This document shows positions 9,938 through 19,773 of a stretch of 64,000 bases of DNA, in pieces. The notes under the pieces were generated by a model, which did no database searches, was not told the origin of the DNA, and was given only the letters and a program-made list of their open reading frames with translations. Both the position numbers and the translations under genes were made by a program. The stretch's first letter is position 1; the number at the start of each line of letters is the position of its first letter. Origin of the DNA: an uncultured Methanosarcinales archaeon (GTDB lineage Archaea > Nanobdellota > Nanobdellia > Woesearchaeales > JABMPP01); contig CAZSAD010000001.1 in NCBI GenBank assembly GCA_964604995.1, positions 1 to 64,000 of the forward strand. Direction: 5' to 3'.

Positions 9938-10804
9938 ATGGGTGAAAAAATGTCATTCATGAATCAATTTAAAACAGCAATTCTTTTAGGGTTACTTACA
10001 GGTATACTTTTATTAGTTGGCAGTTTTTGGGGTGCAACTGGTTTAACTATTGCATTTATTTTTGTGCTTTTAATGAATGGTCTATCTTATTTTTTCTCAG
10101 ATAAATTAGTCTTATGGATTTACAAAGCAAAAGAAGTAAGTAAAAAAGAAGAACCACTTATCCACAAAATAGTCGAACAAGTATCGCATTTAGCAGGCAT
10201 TCCAAAGCCAAAAGTTTATTTAATTCCAAGCGAGCAGCCAAATGCATTTGCAACTGGAAGAAATCCCAAGCATGCATCAGTTGCATTTACAAAAGGAATA
10301 ATCGGGCTTTTAACAGAAGAAGAGTTAAAAGGAGTTACTGCACACGAAATTAGCCATGTTAAAAATAGAGATGTTCTAATAGGTACAATTGCAGCAACTA
10401 TTGCTGGAGTCATTGGTTATGTTGCAGCAATGGCAAGATGGGGGGCAATTTTTGGAGGTTTTGGTGGCAGAGATGATGATAATGGTGGTGGTCTTATTCA
10501 GTTAATTGTTATTGGGATATTAATGCCTATTTTAGCAACACTAATCCAACTTGCAATCTCAAGAAGCAGGGAGTATCTTGCAGATGAAACTGGCTCAAGA
10601 TTATTAAAAGATTCAAAGCATTTGGCATCAGCTCTAAGAAAGCTTGAAGATTACGGTAAGAATAAACCCTTAGGATTTGGAACACCAGAAACAGCAAATC
10701 TTTTCATTGTTAATCCATTTAAAATGTCAGGAATAATGAGTTTACTTTCAACCCATCCTCCAATGGATGAAAGAATCAAAAAATTAAATCAAATAAAATT
10801 TTAA
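9938..10804 (+). CDS. htpX: Zinc metalloprotease HtpX (M48)
   Basis: PNAFATGRNP, AHEISH, ISRSREYLAD, STHPP. The true start may be ATG 9950 (GGTGA SD). Confidence 0.93.
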   Translation: MGEKMSFMNQFKTAILLGLLTGILLLVGSFWGATGLTIAFIFVLLMNGLSYFFSDKLVLWIYKAKEVSKKEEPLIHKIVEQVSHLAGIPKPKVYLIPSEQPNAFATGRNPKHASVAFTKGIIGLLTEEELKGVTAHEISHVKNRDVLIGTIAATIAGVIGYVAAMARWGAIFGGFGGRDDDNGGGLIQLIVIGILMPILATLIQLAISRSREYLADETGSRLLKDSKHLASALRKLEDYGKNKPLGFGTPETANLFIVNPFKMSGIMSLLSTHPPMDERIKKLNQIKF

Positions 10805-10931
10805 AATTTCTTTAATTTTATTACGTATAAACTACCCAAAATCAATACATTTTTATATAATTAATGCATAAATTCTAAAAATTATATATATATATAAATA
10901 TAATTTTTATGGGATTTGGAGGTAATAAAAA

Positions 10932-11363
10932 ATGGAAGCAGACAGTAAATCAGGTTTATACATTACAGCAATAGTTGCAATTGTTGCAATTGTTGGGATA
11001 ACATTTTTAACTATTGGGTCACAAAGACAACAAATGGTTCCAACATACTTACCATTAAATTCACAAGCAGCAGTTGGAATTTCTTCAAATGGTTTTGAAG
11101 ACACAACTGAAGTTGTAGGTCAAGCATATAGAGTTGTACAACAACCCACTGGTTATTTATCTGGAAATTGGAATTGTTACACTTTAGGTAATTCTACTTT
11201 TCCAACAATTAATTATGTTGCTTATAACTCAACTACTTGCTGGTCGACAGCTAGTTGGAGATCATTTTCAGCACAGACTTGTTACAATAGTTATGGTCCA
11301 AATTCAACTGCAATAAATTTAAGTTTAAGTCGCAATTGTAATGTGTTAATAGTGGCAGATTAA
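10932..11363 (+). CDS. Small N-terminally anchored exported protein with four Cys
   Basis: GGAGGT SD; hydrophobic segment GLYITAIVAIVAIVGITF; several N-x-S/T sequons and 4 Cys in the C-terminal half. Confidence 0.65.
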   Translation: MEADSKSGLYITAIVAIVAIVGITFLTIGSQRQQMVPTYLPLNSQAAVGISSNGFEDTTEVVGQAYRVVQQPTGYLSGNWNCYTLGNSTFPTINYVAYNSTTCWSTASWRSFSAQTCYNSYGPNSTAINLSLSRNCNVLIVAD

Positions 11364-11642
11364 TTTTAATTATTTTATTTTTTTTCTCTTAATTATTTTT
11401 AGCATTATCATTAATCTATCAATATCAAAATCCCCAACAAAATAATACATTTATTTAATATTCTTTTAGAAATTATCTAAATTTAAAGATTAGTCTTGTA
11501 TGTTCTCTTCTTCTAGCGAAGTTTTATAAATAGTATACAATTTATTTCAATATATAATATAATATTTACAAGTCTTATTCAAAATTTGTAATCAATAATA
11601 TTAAAAAACTAATCTGAAAAAATTCACATAATTAATTTTGGG

Positions 11643-12644
11643 GTGGTTAAAATCAGAGCGCTTATAACAGGAATAACTGGATTTGTCGGAAGCCATATGG
11701 CTGAATTTTTGCTTAGTAAAAAAATTGAAGTTTATGGTACTTTTAGATGGAGAAGTCCAACTGAAAATATTGACCATATTAAAGATAAAATCAAACTTGT
11801 GAATTGTGAATTGCTTGATTCAAAATCAACATATGAAGCTATCAAAAAAGCAATGCCTGATAAGATATTTCATCTTGCTGCACAATCTTATGTACCTGTT
11901 AGTTTTGAAGAACCAACTTATACATTGCAAGCTAATATTATTGGAACATTGAATATTTTAGAAGCAATAAGAAAATTAAGAGAAGAAAATAAAGGATTTG
12001 ATCCAGTTATCCATATATGCTCATCATCTGAAGTTTATGGACAAGTTAAGCCTGATGAAGTTCCAATTACCGAGAAGAATTCTTTAAGACCTGCAAGTCC
12101 CTATGCAGTTAGTAAAGTGGGCGAAGATTATATTGCTTTACAATATTTCTTATCTTACGGAATAAAAATTATTAGAACAAGAATGTTCACACATACTGGT
12201 CCAAGAAGAGGAAGCGTTTTTGCAGAATCTGCTTTTGCAAAACAAATTGCCGAAATTGAACTCGGAATCAAAAAAGATGATACTATTTATGTTGGAAATT
12301 TAGATTCAATTAGAACATTCGCTGATGTGAGAGATGCAGTCAAAGCTTATTTTTTGTTAACTGAAAAATGCATTCCAGGTGATGTTTATAACATTGGCGG
12401 AAACAGAACAATGAAAGTTGGCGAAATGCTTGATTATTTAATTAGTCAATCTACTAAAAAAGAACAAATTAAAATCAAAGTTGACCCAATGCTTTTAAGA
12501 CCATCTGATGTAACATTACAAATTCCATCAATAGATAAATTTGTTGCACAAACTGGATGGAAGCCTGAAATTACATTTGAAAAAACAATGAATGATTTAT
12601 TAGATTATTGGCGTTTGACATTAAAAAGAAAAATGCAAAATTAA
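11643..12644 (+). CDS. NDP-sugar 4,6-dehydratase, GMD/DmhA-like
   Basis: TGITGFVG, HLAAQS, CSSSEVYG, SPY..SK, RMFTHTGPRR, GNL...RTF.D. GFDPVIHIC and THTGPRR..VF.ES..AKQIA recall the DmhA branch. Confidence 0.8.
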   Translation: MVKIRALITGITGFVGSHMAEFLLSKKIEVYGTFRWRSPTENIDHIKDKIKLVNCELLDSKSTYEAIKKAMPDKIFHLAAQSYVPVSFEEPTYTLQANIIGTLNILEAIRKLREENKGFDPVIHICSSSEVYGQVKPDEVPITEKNSLRPASPYAVSKVGEDYIALQYFLSYGIKIIRTRMFTHTGPRRGSVFAESAFAKQIAEIELGIKKDDTIYVGNLDSIRTFADVRDAVKAYFLLTEKCIPGDVYNIGGNRTMKVGEMLDYLISQSTKKEQIKIKVDPMLLRPSDVTLQIPSIDKFVAQTGWKPEITFEKTMNDLLDYWRLTLKRKMQN

Positions 12645-12697
12645 ATATTTTATTGCAATTCACTTATTTTTTTAATTTTATTTTTTACATTTTTTAT

Positions 12698-13480
12698 TCA
12701 TAACTTCTTATTATCTGGTTTTCTTGCAATACAAACAACACTCACTCCAAATGGAAATTTTATAAATCTAAGTAAGAATGCTTCTAAACTAAAAACCTCC
12801 TTAAGAATTATATTTATGATATTGCTTGTTTTACCAACATTACTTTTCGGTTCTTTATTTTTATTAAACCTATTGTCAAATTTTCGAACAAGATAAACCA
12901 ACGGAAATAAAAAGAAATTATAATAACTAAGTTTTTCGACAGTAAATTGGGCTTTTTGTAGTTTATCTCTAATTTCATTTGTTGTGTATCTATGTCTTGC
13001 ATGAACCATAACATCATGCCTGCTCCAAAGAGACATATTTGCAGAATCTGTTAATATAATTATCCCTCCAGGTTTAAGTATTCTCCATATATCTCTCATA
13101 ACTTTTTCATCATCTTTTATCTCTTTATGATATAATACATCAAAAATTCCCACAACATCAAAACTATTTTTTTTAAATTTCAAATTGTTGGCATTTCCCT
13201 TTGAAACATTCTTAAGGCCTCTTTTCTTACAGAAATTTATTGCATAGTCTGAAAAATCAACACCGTAAGCTGTACCATATTTTGAAAACTCTTTGAGGAT
13301 AATACCTGTTCCACATCCAATATCTAACAATTTTATATCATTTTGATTTTTTAATATATCAGCGCTCTCTTCTTTACCAATATATTTTTTTAAAAGTGAA
13401 AATATTACTTTTCTTTTACCAAAAAACCACCAATGATTTTCTTCTAACTCAAAAATTTTTGAATATTCTTTTTTTCTCAT
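12698..13480 (-). CDS. Class I SAM-dependent methyltransferase
   Basis: LLDIGCGTG, LKPGG; HWWF and LWSRHD...H..RY motifs seen in glycan-cluster methyltransferases. Confidence 0.88.
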   Translation of the reverse strand: MRKKEYSKIFELEENHWWFFGKRKVIFSLLKKYIGKEESADILKNQNDIKLLDIGCGTGIILKEFSKYGTAYGVDFSDYAINFCKKRGLKNVSKGNANNLKFKKNSFDVVGIFDVLYHKEIKDDEKVMRDIWRILKPGGIIILTDSANMSLWSRHDVMVHARHRYTTNEIRDKLQKAQFTVEKLSYYNFFLFPLVYLVRKFDNRFNKNKEPKSNVGKTSNIINIILKEVFSLEAFLLRFIKFPFGVSVVCIARKPDNKKL

Positions 13481-13493
13481 TTTGGGTTAAGTT

Positions 13494-13850
13494 TTATTCT
13501 TCAAATATGTCCTTATTTTTACTATCAAATGGCTCACTAAGAAGTATTGCAAAAGTAGTGTCTTTAGTATATTCAAAATTATGCATCTCAAATGGTTCAA
13601 CAATAAACAATTCATTCTTTTTGAAATTATATTTTTTTTCTTTTCCATCTTTTACATTTTTGATAAGAACTGAACATTCCCCATCAATCACATAAAACAG
13701 TTCCTTTGTTTTTTTATGGTAATGGTTTCCAGAGTTTACTCCTTTGTATCTTATTGCATAATTGAGCTCTTTCCACTCATCTCCTCTTATTATCTCCTTA
13801 AAAATACCCCTAGAATCCTCAAATTCAAAATTTGGTTTTTTTATAATCAT
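13494..13850 (-). CDS. Cupin (RmlC/WxcM-like sugar epimerase or isomerase)
   Basis: FEDSRG, GNHYHK..KE.F, PFEMH. Confidence 0.8.
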   Translation of the reverse strand: MIIKKPNFEFEDSRGIFKEIIRGDEWKELNYAIRYKGVNSGNHYHKKTKELFYVIDGECSVLIKNVKDGKEKKYNFKKNELFIVEPFEMHNFEYTKDTTFAILLSEPFDSKNKDIFEE

Positions 13851-13930
13851 AGTATCACATCACTTTTTGTACTTTTAATTTTTACATAACTATTTTTATA
13901 TTATTGATCTAAATATAATATTAAATCTCA

Positions 13931-14677
13931 TTATTTTTCAATTCTAATCTTAATTACTTTTACACCATATTTTAGACCATATTTTAAAAGTGTAAAAATA
14001 TCATTAGCTGTTTTGCTTTCCCCTTTTATTCTATCTACATTGTTGTATCCACTTTCCACAATTTTGAATCCTTTTTTTGCTGCTTTATACACAAACTCAA
14101 TAAAATATTCACCATATCCCTGAGCTGGAAATTTTACTTTTTTAAACACATTTCTTTTTACAGCAATAAATCCTGAATCATAATCTTTGATACCATATCC
14201 TAAAATCATCTTGGCATAAATATTAAATGCATGACTTGTTGATTTTCTAATAAAAGGTCTTGAATCCTTTCCACCTTCAACATATCTTGAGCCAATTGCA
14301 ATATCGTATCCTTCATCAAGTTTTTGTAAAAGTTCAGGTACTTTTTTAGGAGGCATTGACATATCGCAATCCATCCAAACAATATATTCTCCTTTTGATT
14401 CTGTTATCCCCCTATAAATAGCAGATGCAATTCCTCTTTCACCTACTCTTCTAACAATCTTAACATTGTGTAATCTTCTAGAAATTTTAGAAACAACCTG
14501 CCAAGTTTTATCTGGCGAATCATCATCAACAACAATAATTTCAATATTATAAGGATAATTTTTCATTACATCAATTATGTTATCAATTAATGTTGTTATA
14601 TTTTCTTTCTCATCATATGTTGGCAGTACAAATGATACTTTCTTTGCTTTTAGGGTTATTTTGCTTGTTTTTATCAT
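13931..14677 (-). CDS. GT2 polyprenol-phosphate glycosyltransferase (DPM1-like)
   Basis: DDDSPD.T, MDCD, IGSRYV.GG, DR.KGESK. Confidence 0.88.
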   Translation of the reverse strand: MIKTSKITLKAKKVSFVLPTYDEKENITTLIDNIIDVMKNYPYNIEIIVVDDDSPDKTWQVVSKISRRLHNVKIVRRVGERGIASAIYRGITESKGEYIVWMDCDMSMPPKKVPELLQKLDEGYDIAIGSRYVEGGKDSRPFIRKSTSHAFNIYAKMILGYGIKDYDSGFIAVKRNVFKKVKFPAQGYGEYFIEFVYKAAKKGFKIVESGYNNVDRIKGESKTANDIFTLLKYGLKYGVKVIKIRIEK

Positions 14678-14737
14678 TCACATCAACATTTTTCTATCCT
14701 GCAGTAATACAAAAAAATTCATTCTAAATATTTGTAA

Positions 14738-15871
14738 TTAATTTTTTTTATTTTCTTCCCATACTTCTTTTACTTTACCAATAACTATATTCATCTCTTC
14801 TTTTGTTAAATGTGAACTCGATGGTAAATACAATCCATTTTTCTCTAAAATTTCAGATTGTGGATACTTTCCAGAACAATCTGGCCATCTATCATCATTA
14901 CCCCAATATAATGGTTGTTTATGCATTGGTATAAAAAAACTTCTTGTATCAATACCTTTTTCCAAGAGCTTTTTCATAAGCTCATCTTTTTCAACACCAC
15001 CTTTTGCAAAATCAGATAATATTCCATACATCCAATACACATTTTTTGCCCAATCTTTTTTTGGAGGAAGTGTCAAACCAGGTAAGCTTCCTAAATATTT
15101 ATTATAATATTGCGCATTTTTTATTCTGTTTTCTACAAATTTATTTATATGTTCCATTTGTGCAACACCTATTGCAGCTTGGAGATTTGTAAGTCTATAA
15201 TTAAATCCAAATTCTTCATGTAAAAATCTTTTCTTCTTTGAAAATGAATGGTCTCTCATACTTTTGACTTTATCAATTACTTTTTCGTCGTTACTAACAA
15301 CCATGCCCCCTTCACCTGTTGTTATTATTTTGTTAGCATAAAAACTAAAACATGCAACATCACTAAGGTTTCCAACTTTTCTTCCTTTATATTCTCCACC
15401 ATGCGCTTCTGCAGCATCTTCAATTACATAAAGTCCATATTTCTTGGCAAGTTTATTTACAAGGTCCATATCAACAGGATGTCCATAAGTATGTACGACC
15501 ATTATTGCCTTTGTTTTTTTTGTAATTTTTTCTTCAATTTTATTTACATCCATATTCCACGTTTCAAGTTCAGAATCAACAAGAACAGGTTTTGCTTGTG
15601 CATACGCAACAGCATTAGAAGTTGCAATCATTGTAAATGTTGGAATGATTACTTCATCTCCTTTTCCAATTCCTAATGCTTCCAAAGCAATGTGGATTGC
15701 AGTTGTTCCATTGCTCACAGCAGCTGCATGTTTAACTTCACAAAATTCACTGAATTTTTCTTCAAATTTGTTTATGAATTTTCCTTTTGAAGAAATCCAT
15801 CCTGTTTTTACACACTCTTCAACATACTTTAATTCGTTCCCATTTAATGTTGGCTCACAAACTGGTATCAT
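14738..15871 (-). CDS. per: DegT/DnrJ PLP aminotransferase, GDP-perosamine synthase-like
   Basis: IPV.EP, GWISS.G, NGT.A, EDAAEAHG, FSFYANKIITTGEGG, NYRLTNLQAA. gmd in the same cluster supplies the substrate. Confidence 0.8.
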   Translation of the reverse strand: MIPVCEPTLNGNELKYVEECVKTGWISSKGKFINKFEEKFSEFCEVKHAAAVSNGTTAIHIALEALGIGKGDEVIIPTFTMIATSNAVAYAQAKPVLVDSELETWNMDVNKIEEKITKKTKAIMVVHTYGHPVDMDLVNKLAKKYGLYVIEDAAEAHGGEYKGRKVGNLSDVACFSFYANKIITTGEGGMVVSNDEKVIDKVKSMRDHSFSKKKRFLHEEFGFNYRLTNLQAAIGVAQMEHINKFVENRIKNAQYYNKYLGSLPGLTLPPKKDWAKNVYWMYGILSDFAKGGVEKDELMKKLLEKGIDTRSFFIPMHKQPLYWGNDDRWPDCSGKYPQSEILEKNGLYLPSSSHLTKEEMNIVIGKVKEVWEENKKN

Positions 15872-16083
15872 ATATTTCTCACCCAAATTTTTTACTCATT
15901 TTTAATTTAAAGTAACAATCTTAATTTTTTTCTCTTACTTAATTCTTATCTTATTTTCTTCTTAATTCCTTATCATGATTTTTTATTTTAGTTATTTTAT
16001 ATTATTAAATCCCTCTTACTAATTAGTCAGTACATAAGATTTAAAAAGTAGATACTTTATAAAGATTTGGTTAGGGTGACAAA

Positions 16084-17775
16084 TTGGAAGATTTAAATAA
16101 TTTACATAATATTTCATCAAATAAGAAGGAAAAAATTATTGATTTCAAAAATATTGATTATATACTTCTTACAATCTTATTTTGTATAGCATTTTATCTT
16201 TATACAATTCCTTTTCAGAATAATCCTTCGCCATTTGGTGAAGGTGATTCAGCATGGCATTTTGCAAATGCCGATTACATGGTAACGCAGGACGAATCCT
16301 TGCAAGTTGATGAGTTACCTGAATACATTCATTTTTGGTATTATAAATATGGATTTGATACGGGCACAACAAAAGGTGCTTTGCAATACCCCCCTTCTGC
16401 TAATTTATTGCAATCGATGTTTCAAATTTGGTCAAATGATAGATTTGTTGCATACAGAATTGAAACTGCAATAATGATTTTTCTTGCAATTTTTTCAGTT
16501 TATTTTCTTTTATACAAACTTTATAAAAATACATTAGTATCATCGCTAGCATCTTTCGGATTAATATTTTCAGTGCGAGCACATTTACCCTATCTTTTTG
16601 GTCAGCAGGCAACATACACTTCAATTATATTTTTTCCTTTAGTAATATATTTTACTGTCACTTTTTTTGATTCAGTTTTTGATGGAAATCCAAACAATTA
16701 TCACTTATACATTTTAGTACTACTACTTTTATCCCAATTTTTATTTCATCTTATAGGGATTCTTCCATCTTTAATTTTCATAATTTTATATTTTATCTAC
16801 TCTTTAATTATTCACAAAAATAAATCGCATTTTTTTGCTTTTATAAAAAGTAAATCTACTTTTACAAATGTTATAATATTACTTTTAATATTGGCATTTT
16901 TCATTGTTCCAATATCTAAAATTTATACTGGTGCATTTGCAACAGAATATCTTTCAACATCCAATCCAGTTTCAGGAACTTTTAATATCTCAAGACTACT
17001 GACTTGGAGCATTGAATCAAAAGATTCAGCATTCCAATTTACCAATTTCAATGAAGTTTATCCTGGAACAATTTTTGCAATATTACTCTTTTTAGGAATT
17101 GTTGCATTATTTGTCAGAAGATCAAAAAGTGATAAAATAATTTTGATTTGGGGAGGAGCATTATATCTATTCTTTCATTTGGATATGATAGGTGTTGGAG
17201 TTGGAAGAATATCTAGACTTTTAGATCTCGAAGTATATTTATTTATGAGTATTGCAGTGCTTGGTCTTTTTGGTTTAATCTCCCTAATAAAAATAGAGCA
17301 GTCAAAAAAGCGTTTGCTTGATTTCGCAATTGCGATATTCTTTGTTATATTAGTAATTACCACAACAGCAAAATCTTCTTTTATTAGAATGGACAATGCT
17401 TATCCTGGAGTTGCAAGGCTAACTCAGTCTCAATTAAACGCATGCGATTGGATGAAATCCAGTCAGATTGAAAAAGATGCAATTGTTTTTGATATTGGTA
17501 CAATTTCTTATGCAAAAGTTAGATGGAAACTTGCAGCATGTCAACGTTTTGTGCAGCAATATACTCCAGAACAAATCCAAGTTATACAAGATAACAAAAT
17601 TCCAATAACTTCTACTTACATCATGTTTGATTATTCTGATTTTAAATTAATGGGCAATATGAATGCAATAAATCAATTAACTTCAACTGAAAAGAGTTTT
17701 TTAAATCAAACAAATAACCAGTTTCCATTATACAATGATGGGGATATAAAGGTGTATAAACTTGTCAACCAATAA
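16084..17775 (+). CDS. GT-C-superfamily multi-pass membrane glycosyltransferase-like protein
   Basis: TTG start after GGTGA; GEGDSAWHF and QYPP in the first loop; about 11 TMs; C-terminal soluble domain (ACDWMKS...IKVYKL). Confidence 0.7.
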   Translation: MEDLNNLHNISSNKKEKIIDFKNIDYILLTILFCIAFYLYTIPFQNNPSPFGEGDSAWHFANADYMVTQDESLQVDELPEYIHFWYYKYGFDTGTTKGALQYPPSANLLQSMFQIWSNDRFVAYRIETAIMIFLAIFSVYFLLYKLYKNTLVSSLASFGLIFSVRAHLPYLFGQQATYTSIIFFPLVIYFTVTFFDSVFDGNPNNYHLYILVLLLLSQFLFHLIGILPSLIFIILYFIYSLIIHKNKSHFFAFIKSKSTFTNVIILLLILAFFIVPISKIYTGAFATEYLSTSNPVSGTFNISRLLTWSIESKDSAFQFTNFNEVYPGTIFAILLFLGIVALFVRRSKSDKIILIWGGALYLFFHLDMIGVGVGRISRLLDLEVYLFMSIAVLGLFGLISLIKIEQSKKRLLDFAIAIFFVILVITTTAKSSFIRMDNAYPGVARLTQSQLNACDWMKSSQIEKDAIVFDIGTISYAKVRWKLAACQRFVQQYTPEQIQVIQDNKIPITSTYIMFDYSDFKLMGNMNAINQLTSTEKSFLNQTNNQFPLYNDGDIKVYKLVNQ

Positions 17776-18208
17776 ACACAAAAACCAAATCTTGAATGAT
17801 GAATCTTTAGAATCAAATAACTCTAATACTAATTCAAATCTACCAAAAAAATCATTAAATATACTTAATTGGTTTGAAGAATCATCCTCTCCAATCTTTT
17901 TATTTTTTATATTCTTAATTGTAATTTCACTCTTTTCACTGATAATTTTGGGAGTAACAGGTTTTCGAGCAATTCTTGGTTTTTTTATTTTCATTATCAT
18001 TCCAACTTATTTAATATTATACTCTCTTAAATTGGACAATTCTGAGAAATTTATTTTATCCCTATTTTTGGGAACAGCTTTAATACCTGCTCTTTTGTGG
18101 TATGTTAACAGAATAATTCCTTCTTTGAAAGTATCTTTAATTGTAACTTTTATTCTTTTTATTATCGCAGGATATATATTATCTAAAAAAGTTAATGGTA
18201 AAGGATAA
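17762..18208 (+). CDS. Small ~4-TM membrane protein (DUF1616-like), partner of the upstream GT-C
   Basis: FIIIPTY...DNSEKFILSLFLG; overlaps the stop of the upstream gene. Confidence 0.65.
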   Translation: MSTNKHKNQILNDESLESNNSNTNSNLPKKSLNILNWFEESSSPIFLFFIFLIVISLFSLIILGVTGFRAILGFFIFIIIPTYLILYSLKLDNSEKFILSLFLGTALIPALLWYVNRIIPSLKVSLIVTFILFIIAGYILSKKVNGKG

Positions 18209-18303
18209 GAGCTAATAATAAAAGATACTCGTTAATAATAAAAGATAATCTCAATTAAACATATTTTCTTTAGAAAGATATTTTTTTAGGTAAATTATGA
18301 TTA

Positions 18304-19503
18304 CTATAAATCAATTTTTAGTAGGCCTTTTTCATTTAATAATTCTTTTGCGGCATTGAACACTTGAACAGCTGTTATTCTATTCATGCATGTTTTCTTA
18401 AATTCACATTTATGTTTATAACATGCAAAACAAGACATGTTGGTTTGGACTTTTTTTCCATTACCATAAAGTTCAATTTCACTTGCAATCACATTTCCAA
18501 AAATTAGTACTACTGGTACATTTAATGCAGCAGCAAGGTGACCACCTAATGTATCCCCACTCACAACAAGATTGCTTCTTTTAATTAAAGCAGCAAATAG
18601 TTCTATGGTATTATCATTGCCAGAGTTTATTATTGGCACAGTAGAAATTTTTGCAATCTCTTGATTTCTCTCAATTTCACCTGGTCCACCCAAGAGTACA
18701 ATTTTAGCGCCGAGTAAATTATAAAGTAAAGCTGCAAGTTCAGCATACCCTTCAATAGTCCATTTTCTATCAACAAAAAGTCTATTCGAGCATCCAGTAT
18801 TAAAACTTACAATAAAATCTTTTTCGCCCACTCCATTTTTTTTAAGTAATTCATTTGCAAGTATTTTTGACTCTTCATCTATTACATATATAGATTTTTC
18901 ATGATTATAATTAAAGTTAGCTATCTCAAAAACAATTTGTTGCTGGGTTTTTTGACTCAATCTTTTCAGTTTATCACTAAGTCCAATATCCATAAAATAT
19001 CTTGCAGCTTCACAAAGGGGGATTATCATCCCATCTTTACCCAATGTGAAACCTTTTTTCTCTTTGGATCTTATTTTAGACATTAATGCACACGCTTCAT
19101 GGGCTTTGTCAAAATTATATACAATATCAAATTCTTCAATATCTAGTTGTAACGCTGTTTCAAATGACATGAACATAATCCTATCGATAAAATCATTTCC
19201 TTTTAAAATTCCTGCAGCTTTTTGATTAGTAACCCAGGTTACTTGTGAATTAGGATATTTGTTTTTTATAGGGTGCAAAACAGATGTTGTTCTAAGTACA
19301 TCTCCAATGGCTTCAAGATTAATTATCAATATTCTATGGCTAATTTTTTCATAATAAGGGCAACTCTTACAATGGACCCCGTATTTCTTATGTGGTTTAC
19401 AAGGTTTATAATCTAGAAAATGCTTACAATCTCTATTTATGAATAATGAGCCAGCCTTATCTTGTTTATTTTCAGTTTTAAGTTTATTCAAGTTATTGTT
19501 CAT
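18304..19503 (-). CDS. GT9 heptosyltransferase-like protein with Cys-rich termini
   Basis: AIGDV, RKW, LLGGPGE, SGDTLGGHLAAA; N-terminal DCKHF..YKPC...CKSC and C-terminal CFACYKHKC....CM. Confidence 0.88.
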   Translation of the reverse strand: MNNNLNKLKTENKQDKAGSLFINRDCKHFLDYKPCKPHKKYGVHCKSCPYYEKISHRILIINLEAIGDVLRTTSVLHPIKNKYPNSQVTWVTNQKAAGILKGNDFIDRIMFMSFETALQLDIEEFDIVYNFDKAHEACALMSKIRSKEKKGFTLGKDGMIIPLCEAARYFMDIGLSDKLKRLSQKTQQQIVFEIANFNYNHEKSIYVIDEESKILANELLKKNGVGEKDFIVSFNTGCSNRLFVDRKWTIEGYAELAALLYNLLGAKIVLLGGPGEIERNQEIAKISTVPIINSGNDNTIELFAALIKRSNLVVSGDTLGGHLAAALNVPVVLIFGNVIASEIELYGNGKKVQTNMSCFACYKHKCEFKKTCMNRITAVQVFNAAKELLNEKGLLKIDL

Positions 19504-19773
19504 GTTATTCTACTGTTTTTTGTAAATTTTTTGGGGATATTTTATAATGATTTTTCAATGATTAAAATGTTTATTATTTCATCCTTCTTAGTGTAAAACC
19601 CATATTTAAAATATTTATGTTCTTTTGTTTAGATTTATGCTCTTTGGTTTATAAGTCTTTTTATGAATTTTAGAATTTAAATCCTAAAAAATCAGTGTAC
19701 TACAAGAGCAAAGAAATTAAATCATTGCTTACTATTATCAAAAAGCTTAAATTCTACAGTATACATTTGATTT

